A DNA stretch of 24,000 nt from an uncultured Chloroflexia bacterium (GCA_963845765.1 CAWJTI010000001.1:395107-419106); one strand, 5' to 3'; positions 14,522 to 22,580 are shown, counted from the stretch's first letter. The notes: generated from the letters alone by a model not told the origin. Made by a program: numbers and translations.

Positions 14522-16126
14522 ATGAACAAGAAACGCGATAGTGTAACCCCTTTACCCCACAAACTGCTGTTCCACCTTTTGCTGGTAGTCACCCTGCTGG
14601 GCCAGTTTATACCCCTTGGCTGGCTGGGTACCGTCCACGCTGACCCCCCCGTAAGCAAAGTCCTGCCCCAACTCCAGCGCGACGCGACGGCACGTCGCAA
14701 TGAGACGTTCCGCGTGATTATCACGCGGGTAAACGGCAATCGTGGGGCGGACAACGCCGCGCAGGCGCAGGGCCAGAAGGTTCGGGATCTCCCCTTTGTA
14801 GATGGCTTCGTGCTCGAACTACCGGGACGAGCGATCGAGGCGCTCGGGCGAAATCCCCATATCAAGCTCATCACGCCGGATGCTGAAGTATTTTCTACCG
14901 ATGTGGAGGAGGCAAACCTTGGCACCCTCTTCAACCAGACGATTAACTCGGCAGGCTTGTGGTCGCCCGCTAGCGGGTCGAGCCTGACGGGTGCGGGGAT
15001 TGGCGTGGCGGTCCTCGATACTGGCATCACCGAGCGCGCCGATTGGAGGGGAGCCAACGGACAGAGCCGCGTCGTTGCCAACATGCTCTTCAACCCGCGG
15101 CTGGCCAGGACCGATGACGGCCACGGGCATGGCACGCACGTTGCCGGGATCATCGCGGGTAACTCCTGGTACCAGACATCCGCCGCCCTTCAGGGGAAAT
15201 ACATCGGTGTCGCACCCGAGGCAAATCTAATCAACGTGCGCGTCTCGGACGAACGGGGCAGGTCCCTCATCTCCGATGTCGTGTCAGCAATCGACTGGGT
15301 AGTCGCCAACCGCCAGACCTACAACATTCGCGTGATGAATTTGTCGCTCATTTCCAGTGTGCCAGAAAGCTACAAGACGAGCGTACTGGCGGCGGCGGTC
15401 GAGCGCGCCTGGTTCAACGGAATCTTCGTGGTCGTCGCGGCGGGCAATGCTGGCCCCAACACGATGATATACCCGCCCGCCAACGATCCGTTTGTGATCA
15501 CCGTTGGGGCGAGCGACCAGATGGGAACTACAAGTTGGGCCGATGACACCATTGCCCCCTGGTCCAGCTATGGGATCACCCAGGATGGCTTCATCAAACC
15601 CGACGTGGTGGCCCCGGGGCGCTATATCCCCTCGCCGCTCGCTTCCACCGCTAGTACCCTGGGCGTAACCTATCCGACCCGTATTGTGGACGGAAGCTAC
15701 ATCTGGATGTCCGGCACCTCGATGGCCGCACCGGTCGTCTCGGGTCTAGCTGCCCTGGCCTTCCAGGCCCACCCCGAGTGGACCCCCGATCAGGTGAAGT
15801 GGCTCCTGAAACAGACAGCCAACCCGCTGCCGAATGCCCAGCTCGTGCCGCAATCGCAGGGAGCTGGGTCGGTTAACGCAGCAGCGGTTACCGGTTACGC
15901 GCTGACCCCCGGCTTTGCCAATCAGGGTCTTATCATCAACAATTACCTGGTCCCCAGCACGGGCGGCATCGTGTATGACAGTGCCTCGTGGAGCACCGCC
16001 AGTTGGAGCACCGCCAGTTGGAGCACCGCCAGTTGGAGCACCGCTAGCTGGAGCACCGCCAGTTGGAGCACCGCCAACGAGAGCACGGCGAGCGCCAATG
16101 TTGCCCAAGCCGTCGAAGTTGAGTAA
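14522..16126 (+). CDS. Secreted S8 (subtilisin-like) serine peptidase with I9 propeptide and a C-terminal (SWSTA)n repeat tail
   Basis: Signal peptide (…LGWLGTVHA), I9-like propeptide, catalytic Asp (AVLDTGI), His (HGHGTHVAGIIAG), oxyanion Asn (AAGNAGPN) and Ser (SGTSMAAPVVSG). An aggag SD lies 8 nt upstream. Confidence 0.93.
   Translation: MNKKRDSVTPLPHKLLFHLLLVVTLLGQFIPLGWLGTVHADPPVSKVLPQLQRDATARRNETFRVIITRVNGNRGADNAAQAQGQKVRDLPFVDGFVLELPGRAIEALGRNPHIKLITPDAEVFSTDVEEANLGTLFNQTINSAGLWSPASGSSLTGAGIGVAVLDTGITERADWRGANGQSRVVANMLFNPRLARTDDGHGHGTHVAGIIAGNSWYQTSAALQGKYIGVAPEANLINVRVSDERGRSLISDVVSAIDWVVANRQTYNIRVMNLSLISSVPESYKTSVLAAAVERAWFNGIFVVVAAGNAGPNTMIYPPANDPFVITVGASDQMGTTSWADDTIAPWSSYGITQDGFIKPDVVAPGRYIPSPLASTASTLGVTYPTRIVDGSYIWMSGTSMAAPVVSGLAALAFQAHPEWTPDQVKWLLKQTANPLPNAQLVPQSQGAGSVNAAAVTGYALTPGFANQGLIINNYLVPSTGGIVYDSASWSTASWSTASWSTASWSTASWSTASWSTANESTASANVAQAVEVE
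15989..16078 (+). repeat. Six near-perfect 15-bp tandem repeats (TGGAGCACCGCCAGT) encoding (WSTAS)6
   Basis: Read directly. Copies 4 and 6 differ by 2 nt each and the others are identical. Confidence 0.95.
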
Positions 16127-16154
16127 GCTATACTTCTACTTCTGAGTGGAGCCC

Positions 16155-16210
16155 AGCCCGTGCCATTCCACCTGAGTAAAACTCAAGGAGAGTGACACGG
16201 GCTTCTTTGT
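16155..16210 (+). terminator. Terminator candidate after the protease gene
   Basis: agcccgtg (16155-16162) pairs with cacgggct (16196-16203). There is an inner tgagt-aaa-actca hairpin, and the 3' side is T-rich (tctttgt). Confidence 0.45.
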
Positions 16211-16392
16211 CCCCTTACATCATATCGAGCCACTTTTAGAAGGACCAGTTCCATTTGGAGCGCTCCACATCCCGTATCCCACACTTGGGAAGATATCTCA
16301 CCCCGCTTGTTGTTGGCAGGGCTTGCTCCCTACCAGAAGCATAAGGGTGATTTGCTTCCTGGAGGTGGGATTCTTGGTAGATAGCCCCGACT

Positions 16393-19185
16393 ATGAACCA
16401 GACCCCTCGCCGTGCGCAGCTTTACCTACTCGCCTGCTTCCTGGCAGGTAGCATCGCTCTTGGGTGGCTCCTTACGAGCTACCAGCGTGCTCTCACCTTC
16501 CAAGACGCGCTTCTCGCTTTGAGCCTCGGCATCATCGCCTCTTTGTGCCAGGTGTTGGTCGTAGCGCGGGTCGGAACAGCCGGTCAACGGTCTGACCACC
16601 TTACCCTATCTCCCCTCTTCGCTGCGGTCTTACTGCTGCCCCACCCACTGCTGGCGGCAGTCATCATCTGGACCTTTATCCCGGAATGGTACCTGCGCCG
16701 CCGCTCCTGGTACGGGCAGGTGTTCAACATTGCTGCATTTTTGTTGGCAGCCGTCCTCGCCCGCCTCACGCTTGAACAGGTGACAGGCTCGTACGAGCCG
16801 GTGATGATCGAGGCAGGCCTGGCGCTGTGGAAAAAGTCAGCCGCCGTGTTACTGGCGCTCGTGATTTTCGAGGGAATCCAGGTTCTGTTGCTTGCCCTCG
16901 TCCTCAAGCTCGCGCGCGGCCAATCTTTCCGCACGAGTGGTCTCTTCGCCACCGATAGCCTGCTGCTTGAGGTAGCCCTGCTCTGCATGGGGCTCGGCTT
17001 CGCAATCTCGTGGAGCGTTGCCCCCCTCTACGGCCTTCTCTCGCTCGTCCCGCTCGTGCTGATCTTCCAAGCGCTCCACGTGCCCAACCTCAAAGAGCAG
17101 GCAGCCACCGACCCCAAAACCGGCCTTGCCAACATGCGTCGCTTCAACGAGATGGCGACGCGCGAGATTGAGCGCGCGCAGAGCAATCACCACCCGCTCA
17201 GCATCCTGATGTGTGACCTGGACTATCTGCGCAACATCAACAACACCTACGGGCACGAGGCGGGGGATATCGTTTTGCTGGGGATCGCCGACACCCTCGT
17301 GCGACATGTGCGCGACAGCGACGTGGCCGCACGCTTCGGGGGCGAGGAGTTTGTGATCCTGCTACCGAATACGGGGATCGAGGGTGCCTACCACCTTGCC
17401 GAAAGGATCCGCAACGACCTCGCCTCTTCCTTCTTCGATGTGGGCCACTACAAGGGGCCGATTGGCGCGACGGTAAGCATCGGGGCGGCGAGCTTCCCGC
17501 GCGACGCCAACACCCTGGATGCCCTCATGCGGGAAGCGGATTTGGCGGTGTACCAGGCCAAGCGCGAAGGGCGGAACCGCGTAGTGATGGCGGGGCAGGC
17601 GAGCCGCGAGCTGGCGGCGCGCTGGGCCAGCGAGCATCTGATCGCCCCCCATGCCGTTGTCACGCCCGCGCAAAGCGGAGAAAAGGAGCGCCCCTTCGAG
17701 AAGGCGATCAACAAGGTGACCGGCTCCTCGCTGGAAGGGGCGGAGCGGCGCACGCTTATCAACAACCAGCGCGCGGCTAATCAGAAAGGCGCGGCACACC
17801 CCACAGGTGAGCCGCAGCCTGCTGGCCCCTCGCGAAAGTTGCTTCTCGCGATAGGAGCGACGCTTGTACTGGGGCTGCTCGGCCTCGTGCCAGGTCAAGG
17901 GCTGGCCGACATCCCGTGGAGCGTGCTCCTGCTTTTTGGCATTCTGACCCTGCTCGCCGAGCAACTGGCCGTGGCAAGCGTCGGGCAAGGACGAATTTCC
18001 GTCTCGGTCGTCACGATCCTGGCGGCAAGCTTCCTCACGCACGAGTTGGGCATCCTGGTGACGGTGGTGGCTGCCGTGGGCTCCATGGCGATCAAGGCGC
18101 GTAAGCTCTCGTACAAGATGGCGTTTAATTTGGGAAATGTGTTGCTGGCCGCCGAGGCCGCGCATTGGGTTTTCGGGCTGCTCGTTGGCCCGACGCGCGA
18201 GCAGGGTGCCATCTTGCAGGTGCTTCTGGCCGCGGCGCTGGCCGGGCTGGTGTACCATGGGGTGAATCAGCTGCTGCTCTGCATCGTGCGGGGCATGGCC
18301 GAAGAGCGAAACCCGATAGAAATATGGTATACCGAGTATCGTTGGCTCTGGCCGCACTATGTGGTGCTCGGGGCGCTCGCCGCCATTCTGGCGGTGGGCT
18401 ACGATGTATTTGGCACGGTGGGTGTCATCTCCCTCACCGCGCCGGTCGCGATGATGCACCTCGCGATGAAGCAATATCTGGATCACACGCGCGTCTATGT
18501 GGATGAGCTGCGCACGATGAATGACCGCCTGAGCGAGTCCTACGAGGCCACGCTGGAGGCGCTGTCGCGCGCGCTCGACACGCGCGATGACGAAACCGAG
18601 GCCCATTCTAAGCGCGTGGCGCATTACACCCGTTTAATAGCGGAGCGGAGCGGGGTGCCGGACAAGGAGATGGCCGACATCACGCGCGGGGCATTGCTCC
18701 ACGACATCGGCAAGATCGGGGTGCCCGACGCGATCTTGCTCAAGGCCGGCCCGCTCACCCCCGCCGAGCACGCGACGATGCGCCAGCACCCGATCATTGG
18801 CTATCGCATGATCGTCAATATCCCGTTTTTGTCGGAGGCGGCGCAGGTGGTGCTCCACCACCACGAGGCCTTCGATGGCTCAGGCTACCCCAGCGGGCTG
18901 TCCGGCAAGAGCGTCCCCATCGGCGCGCGCATCTTCGCGGTGGCCGACACCTTTGACGCCATGACCTCTGACCGCCCCTACCGCCGCGCCCTGTCCGTGG
19001 AAGCCGCGCGCGGCGAGATTTCGCGCTGCAGCGGTACCCAGTTCGACCCCCAGGTGGTAGAAACCTTTTTGACAATTCCCCTTGAGGAACTGATGGGCAT
19101 GATAGAGATCTTTTCGCCCGCTACCGATCAGGGAATCGGGTGGCCAACGCCGGCGGCGCTGCAAGCCAGCGTGGGCGCGCCCTGA
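16393..19185 (+). CDS. Polytopic membrane GGDEF (diguanylate cyclase) + HD-GYP (c-di-GMP phosphodiesterase) bifunctional protein
   Basis: Domain order: ~7 TM, then GGDEF (DLDYLRNINNTYGHEAGD, active site RFGGEEF, I-site RDSD at PleD-like spacing), then a second block of ~6-7 TM, then HD-GYP (HSKRVAHY, LLHDIGKIGVPD, HHHEAFDGSGYPSGL, ADTFDAMTSDRPYR). Confidence 0.93.
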   Translation: MNQTPRRAQLYLLACFLAGSIALGWLLTSYQRALTFQDALLALSLGIIASLCQVLVVARVGTAGQRSDHLTLSPLFAAVLLLPHPLLAAVIIWTFIPEWYLRRRSWYGQVFNIAAFLLAAVLARLTLEQVTGSYEPVMIEAGLALWKKSAAVLLALVIFEGIQVLLLALVLKLARGQSFRTSGLFATDSLLLEVALLCMGLGFAISWSVAPLYGLLSLVPLVLIFQALHVPNLKEQAATDPKTGLANMRRFNEMATREIERAQSNHHPLSILMCDLDYLRNINNTYGHEAGDIVLLGIADTLVRHVRDSDVAARFGGEEFVILLPNTGIEGAYHLAERIRNDLASSFFDVGHYKGPIGATVSIGAASFPRDANTLDALMREADLAVYQAKREGRNRVVMAGQASRELAARWASEHLIAPHAVVTPAQSGEKERPFEKAINKVTGSSLEGAERRTLINNQRAANQKGAAHPTGEPQPAGPSRKLLLAIGATLVLGLLGLVPGQGLADIPWSVLLLFGILTLLAEQLAVASVGQGRISVSVVTILAASFLTHELGILVTVVAAVGSMAIKARKLSYKMAFNLGNVLLAAEAAHWVFGLLVGPTREQGAILQVLLAAALAGLVYHGVNQLLLCIVRGMAEERNPIEIWYTEYRWLWPHYVVLGALAAILAVGYDVFGTVGVISLTAPVAMMHLAMKQYLDHTRVYVDELRTMNDRLSESYEATLEALSRALDTRDDETEAHSKRVAHYTRLIAERSGVPDKEMADITRGALLHDIGKIGVPDAILLKAGPLTPAEHATMRQHPIIGYRMIVNIPFLSEAAQVVLHHHEAFDGSGYPSGLSGKSVPIGARIFAVADTFDAMTSDRPYRRALSVEAARGEISRCSGTQFDPQVVETFLTIPLEELMGMIEIFSPATDQGIGWPTPAALQASVGAP

Positions 19186-19345
19186 CCCGCACACCGTCCC
19201 GACACCGCCGCCTGCCCGCGCTGGCTCCCGCCCCCAGCCAGGGCGGCGGCGACTTTGACGTTTCTCTCTGTCCCCCGTGCCGCCGTGGTAGCCCCTTTTT
19301 CCGTGCCAGATTGCTCGTACCGCCATCCCCCGCTACCCTACTGGC

Positions 19346-20053
19346 ATGAGCGAGAAAATTCCCCTATCGCTGCTGGCCTTTGATCGCGCGGCGAGGACGC
19401 GCGCGGCCAATGAGTTGTTGCAGGCGCACTACGGACCCCCGGAGCCAGCGCCACGCCCGCAGCCGTCGGATGATCTGCTGGCGCGGCTGATCCGCGTCAT
19501 CATCGCGCAGAACACCTCCAGGGCGAACCAGGCGCAAGCCCTGGAGCGCCTGGGCCGCCGCTTCCCCGATCCGGCGCTGATCGCCGAGGCCCCACTGGTC
19601 GACGTGATCGACGCGATCTATGTAGCGGGGCTGGCAAAGTCCAAAGCGCCGCGCTTGCAGGCCATGATCGCGCAGCTGCTGGAAACGACCGATGGCACAC
19701 TGGAGCTAGACTTTTTGCGGGCCATGCCGGTGGACGAGGCGCGTGCCTTCTTGATGGCGCTCCCTGGCATCGGGCCGCTGTCGGCAAGCCTGGTGCTGCT
19801 CTTCGGCCTGAACCGCCCGGTGCTGCCGGTCAACACCGGCCTGCACCGCGTGGCCCTGCGCGTCGGGATGATCCCCCCCGACACCTCCGCCGAGCGCGCG
19901 CACGAGCTGCTGCAAGCCATGCTGGACGATGACGATTTGTACGCGTTCCACATCAACGCGGTGCGCCACGCGCGCCTGCTCTGCACCGCGAGCCGCCCCA
20001 AATGTGAAAGCTGTCCCCTCGCCGCCATCTGCGCCTGGGTCAACGGCGGGTAG
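19346..20053 (+). CDS. Endonuclease III-like HhH-GPD base-excision DNA glycosylase with a 4Fe-4S cluster
   Basis: HhH motif LPGIGPLSASLVLLFGL, PVNTGLHRV, and a C-terminal C-x6-C-x2-C-x5-C (CTASRPKCESCPLAAIC). Confidence 0.85.
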   Translation: MSEKIPLSLLAFDRAARTRAANELLQAHYGPPEPAPRPQPSDDLLARLIRVIIAQNTSRANQAQALERLGRRFPDPALIAEAPLVDVIDAIYVAGLAKSKAPRLQAMIAQLLETTDGTLELDFLRAMPVDEARAFLMALPGIGPLSASLVLLFGLNRPVLPVNTGLHRVALRVGMIPPDTSAERAHELLQAMLDDDDLYAFHINAVRHARLLCTASRPKCESCPLAAICAWVNGG

Positions 20054-20202
20054 GGATTTCGGATTTCGGATTTCGGATTTCGGATTGGGTTGGAGTGGAA
20101 CCGCGCTTTGCGAAGGGCAGTTCCTCCATTTTCGGATCGCTCAAACGCATCGCCACTCGCTCTGGCTTTGCAGCGAATCCGAAATCCGAAATCCGAAATC
20201 CT
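20053..20202. repeat. Inverted heptamer arrays, (GGATTTC)5 at 20053-20087 and (GAAATCC)4 at 20174-20202, bracketing an ~86-nt spacer between convergent genes
   Basis: Read directly. The left array starts at the last base of the upstream TAG stop. The right array ends within the stop codon of the - strand HD gene. Confidence 0.95.
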
Positions 20203-21020
20203 ACTCTTCCAACACCGTGACGAGGGTATCGGGCTTGAGGTAGGAGAGCAGGTCGCGGATCTGGGGGTCGCGGATGCGGTGGAGTTGCTTCCACAGGGCG
20301 CGGTCAGTCTGGTACCAATCCTGCTCCTGGATGTACCCTGCCTCCACGGCGAGGCGCATCGCCTGGGCGAGCACCCAGTACAGCGCCACCTCGTGGGGCG
20401 AGGACCACATTTTTTCATCCATCTGGAGGTAGGTGTCGGCCATCCAGCGTGCCGCCGCCACATCGTCCATCACGATCAGGCCATCGTGCGCGGTCAGGTG
20501 GGCGAGCATCCACCGCACCTGCGCGGCACTGCCCAGCCCCGCCGGTTGGATGGTGCGCAAAAAATAGTCCACGCGATCGGCGCAGAGCAGGGGCTGAGGC
20601 TGCTCCAGCAGGGTAAACTCGCCGCTTTCCGCCTCCATCTCGCGCCACGCATAGCCGAAGCGCGCGAGAATAGCCGGGAAGGGTGGAGCGTTCGACGATG
20701 GTGTGCCACATGCGCTCGTGGTAGCTGACATCGTGCTCGGCGTAAACGAAATCGGCGACGTGGGAAAACGCGGTGTGGGAAATGTCGTGCAGCAGCCCCG
20801 CGATCTGCTCCTTGAGCGGTGCCCCGAGGCGGCGCAGCAGCAGCATCACCCCCACCGAATGCTCGTAGCGCGAAAAGTCGGGCGAGATGCCGAGCAGCCC
20901 GCTGATGCCCGACTGGGAAACATGGCGTAGCCGCTGCATCGCGGGCGAGGCAATGATCGCCTCCAGCACCGGCTCCTCGATAGACACAACACCATACACT
21001 TTGTCGTGGATCGTAATCAT
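20201..21020 (-). pseudogene. HD-domain phosphohydrolase (COG1078 / SAMHD1-like HD superfamily) interrupted by a frameshift at ~20672-20697
   Basis: The N-terminal part (ATG 21020, aaggag SD) reads MITIHDKVYGVVSIEEPVLEAIIASPAMQRLRHVSQSG...GLLHDISHTAFSH...HERMWHTIVERS, then turns to Arg/Gly junk. The protein-like continuation PPFPAILARFGYAWREME...CADRVDYFLRT...LEE is in another frame (ORF 20201..20731). Confidence 0.8.
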
Positions 21021-21179
21021 ATGGCTCCTTCCCCGTGTGGGAAAGCAAAAAACACGCCGATGCTGCCGTGTGCCCCAACGAGCCGCACGGGCCGTGTACC
21101 CCTCGCCGGCCCCTTCCTGTGCGGCCCCGGTTCCACCGTGCGGGGGCGCGTGGGGGCTGATTTCTTGAGTGCGCTGGCG

Positions 21180-21208
21180 TTGACGCTGCTGGGCCACCCC
21201 CGTATAAT
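21180..21208 (+). promoter_or_regulatory. Sigma-70-type promoter candidate for the FHA operon
   Basis: TTGACG (21180-21185), 17-nt spacer, TATAAT (21203-21208). A gaaggag SD and the ATG at 21230 follow. Confidence 0.6.
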
Positions 21209-21229
21209 GGCACAGCGAAGGAGAAAAGG

Positions 21230-21964
21230 ATGCCAAACCCGCTTACCACGCTGGAAAAACAATTCGAACGATTTATTGAGCGCCCCCTGATGCGTCTGTT
21301 CGGGGGTCGCCTGGAGCCTACCGACATCGCCAAGCACCTGAGCCGCGCGATGGAGGACGAGCGCCAAATTTTTTCGGGCAAGCTGCTCGGTCCCAACTTC
21401 TACGAGGTTCGGCTCTCGGCGGAGGATGCCGAGCATTTCAAGAGCTACCAGAGCACCCTGCGGCAGGATTTGTCGGACTACCTGGTGGACCTCGCGCAGC
21501 GGCGCGGGATCACCCTGCTGGGGCGACCAGAAATTGTGTTTGTGCCGACCGACACGATGGGGCGGGGCGACATCGAGGTGAATGCCCAGTTGAAGGACCG
21601 CAGCGCGGAGGGGCACACGCGCCAGTTCACCCAGCCGTTTGACGCGGTCGAGCTGGAGCCGCAGCGCGAGGTCGCCTCGTCCGCCTGGCTGGAATTGCCT
21701 GACCGCACGGTAGCGCTCAACCAACCCTTCATGACGATGGGGCGCAGCATCGACAACGACATTATCCTGGAGGGCGACGACGTGAGCCGCCACCACGCGG
21801 AAATCAAGCTGAAGGGGGGCCACTACGTGCTGACCGACCTGAACAGCGCGAATGGCACGCGCGTCAATGGCAAGCCGATCAGCGAGTGCGTGCTCCAGCC
21901 CAACGATGAGATTTGTCTGGCGGCCATCTGCATGACCTTTAAAGCGGCAGGCACATGGCAATAG
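21230..21964 (+). CDS. fhaA: FhaA-like protein: DUF3662 N-terminal domain + C-terminal FHA domain
   Basis: N-terminus LEKQFERFIERPLMRLFGGRLEPTDIAKHLSRAM (DUF3662 pattern). FHA core MTMGRSIDNDIILEGDDVSRHHAEI...LTDLNSANGTRVNG. Confidence 0.88.
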   Translation: MPNPLTTLEKQFERFIERPLMRLFGGRLEPTDIAKHLSRAMEDERQIFSGKLLGPNFYEVRLSAEDAEHFKSYQSTLRQDLSDYLVDLAQRRGITLLGRPEIVFVPTDTMGRGDIEVNAQLKDRSAEGHTRQFTQPFDAVELEPQREVASSAWLELPDRTVALNQPFMTMGRSIDNDIILEGDDVSRHHAEIKLKGGHYVLTDLNSANGTRVNGKPISECVLQPNDEICLAAICMTFKAAGTWQ

Positions 21965-22410
21965 AATCGATGTCGTTGTTGCTCTTTTTGCTGCGGATCG
22001 TGCTGCTGCTGCTGCTGTACGGCTTCCTCGGGGTGCTGGCCTGGTTGGTCTGGCGCGATTTGAAGAAGGGGAGCAGCGTCGCCGCCACCGCCACGAGCGC
22101 GCCGCGTGGCGCGCGCCTGACCGTGGTCGCGTCGGGGGATAGCGGCTACGCGGAGGGGCACCAGTTGCCGCTCGGCACCGTGACCACCATGGGGCGCGAG
22201 CTGAGCAACGACATCGTCATCCCCGACGGCTACGCTTCCACGCGCCACGCCCGCGTGGAGCGGCAAGGCGATGGGCGCTTCTGGCTGGTGGACCTGGGCA
22301 GCAGCAACGGGACGCAGCTCAACGGCCAGTTGGTGCGCCCCAACGTCCCCGTGCCGCTCGACACTGGCGATGTGATCAAGGTGGGCAAGGTGGAACTCAA
22401 GATGGGCTAG
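21955..22410 (+). CDS. fhaB: FhaB/FipA-like protein: single N-terminal TM helix + FHA domain
   Basis: TM LLLFLLRIVLLLLLYGFLGVLAWLVW. FHA core TTMGRELSNDIVIPDGYASTRHARV...LVDLGSSNGTQLNG. It overlaps the fhaA stop by 10 nt; an alternative ATG lies at 21970. Confidence 0.88.
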   Translation: MAIESMSLLLFLLRIVLLLLLYGFLGVLAWLVWRDLKKGSSVAATATSAPRGARLTVVASGDSGYAEGHQLPLGTVTTMGRELSNDIVIPDGYASTRHARVERQGDGRFWLVDLGSSNGTQLNGQLVRPNVPVPLDTGDVIKVGKVELKMG

Positions 22411-22436
22411 CCCTTGTCTCGCTCTGCCCCGTAGGA

Positions 22437-22469
22437 AAGGCCGTGCGCTCGCACGGCTTTTTTTGTTTT
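22437..22469 (+). terminator. Rho-independent terminator after the FHA pair
   Basis: gccgtgc-gctc-gcacggc followed by tttttttgtttt. Confidence 0.85.
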
Positions 22470-22526
22470 CGCGCGCACCGCCAACGCCCGATTTGGCCTC
22501 TTTTCCTCTCATCCCACAATTTCCTC

Positions 22527-22556
22527 TTGACAAGCGCCGGCTAAACCATGTATCCT
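22527..22556 (+). promoter_or_regulatory. Sigma-70-type promoter candidate for the LacI-family gene
   Basis: TTGACA (22527-22532), 18-nt spacer, TATCCT (22551-22556). Confidence 0.5.
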
Positions 22557-22566
22557 AGGCTTGATA

Positions 22567-22580
22567 GTTAAGCGGTTACC
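22567..22580. promoter_or_regulatory. LacI-family operator candidate O1 (imperfect palindrome)
   Basis: gttaagcggttacc lies just downstream of the -10. It shares the 12-nt context gatagttaagcg with O2. Confidence 0.5.

Noticed and set aside
20201-21020. HD phosphohydrolase considered as an anti-phage dNTPase defence gene.
   Set aside because: Only general COG1078/SAMHD1-like HD similarity is present. The protein is short, apparently frameshifted, and has no neighbouring defence genes.
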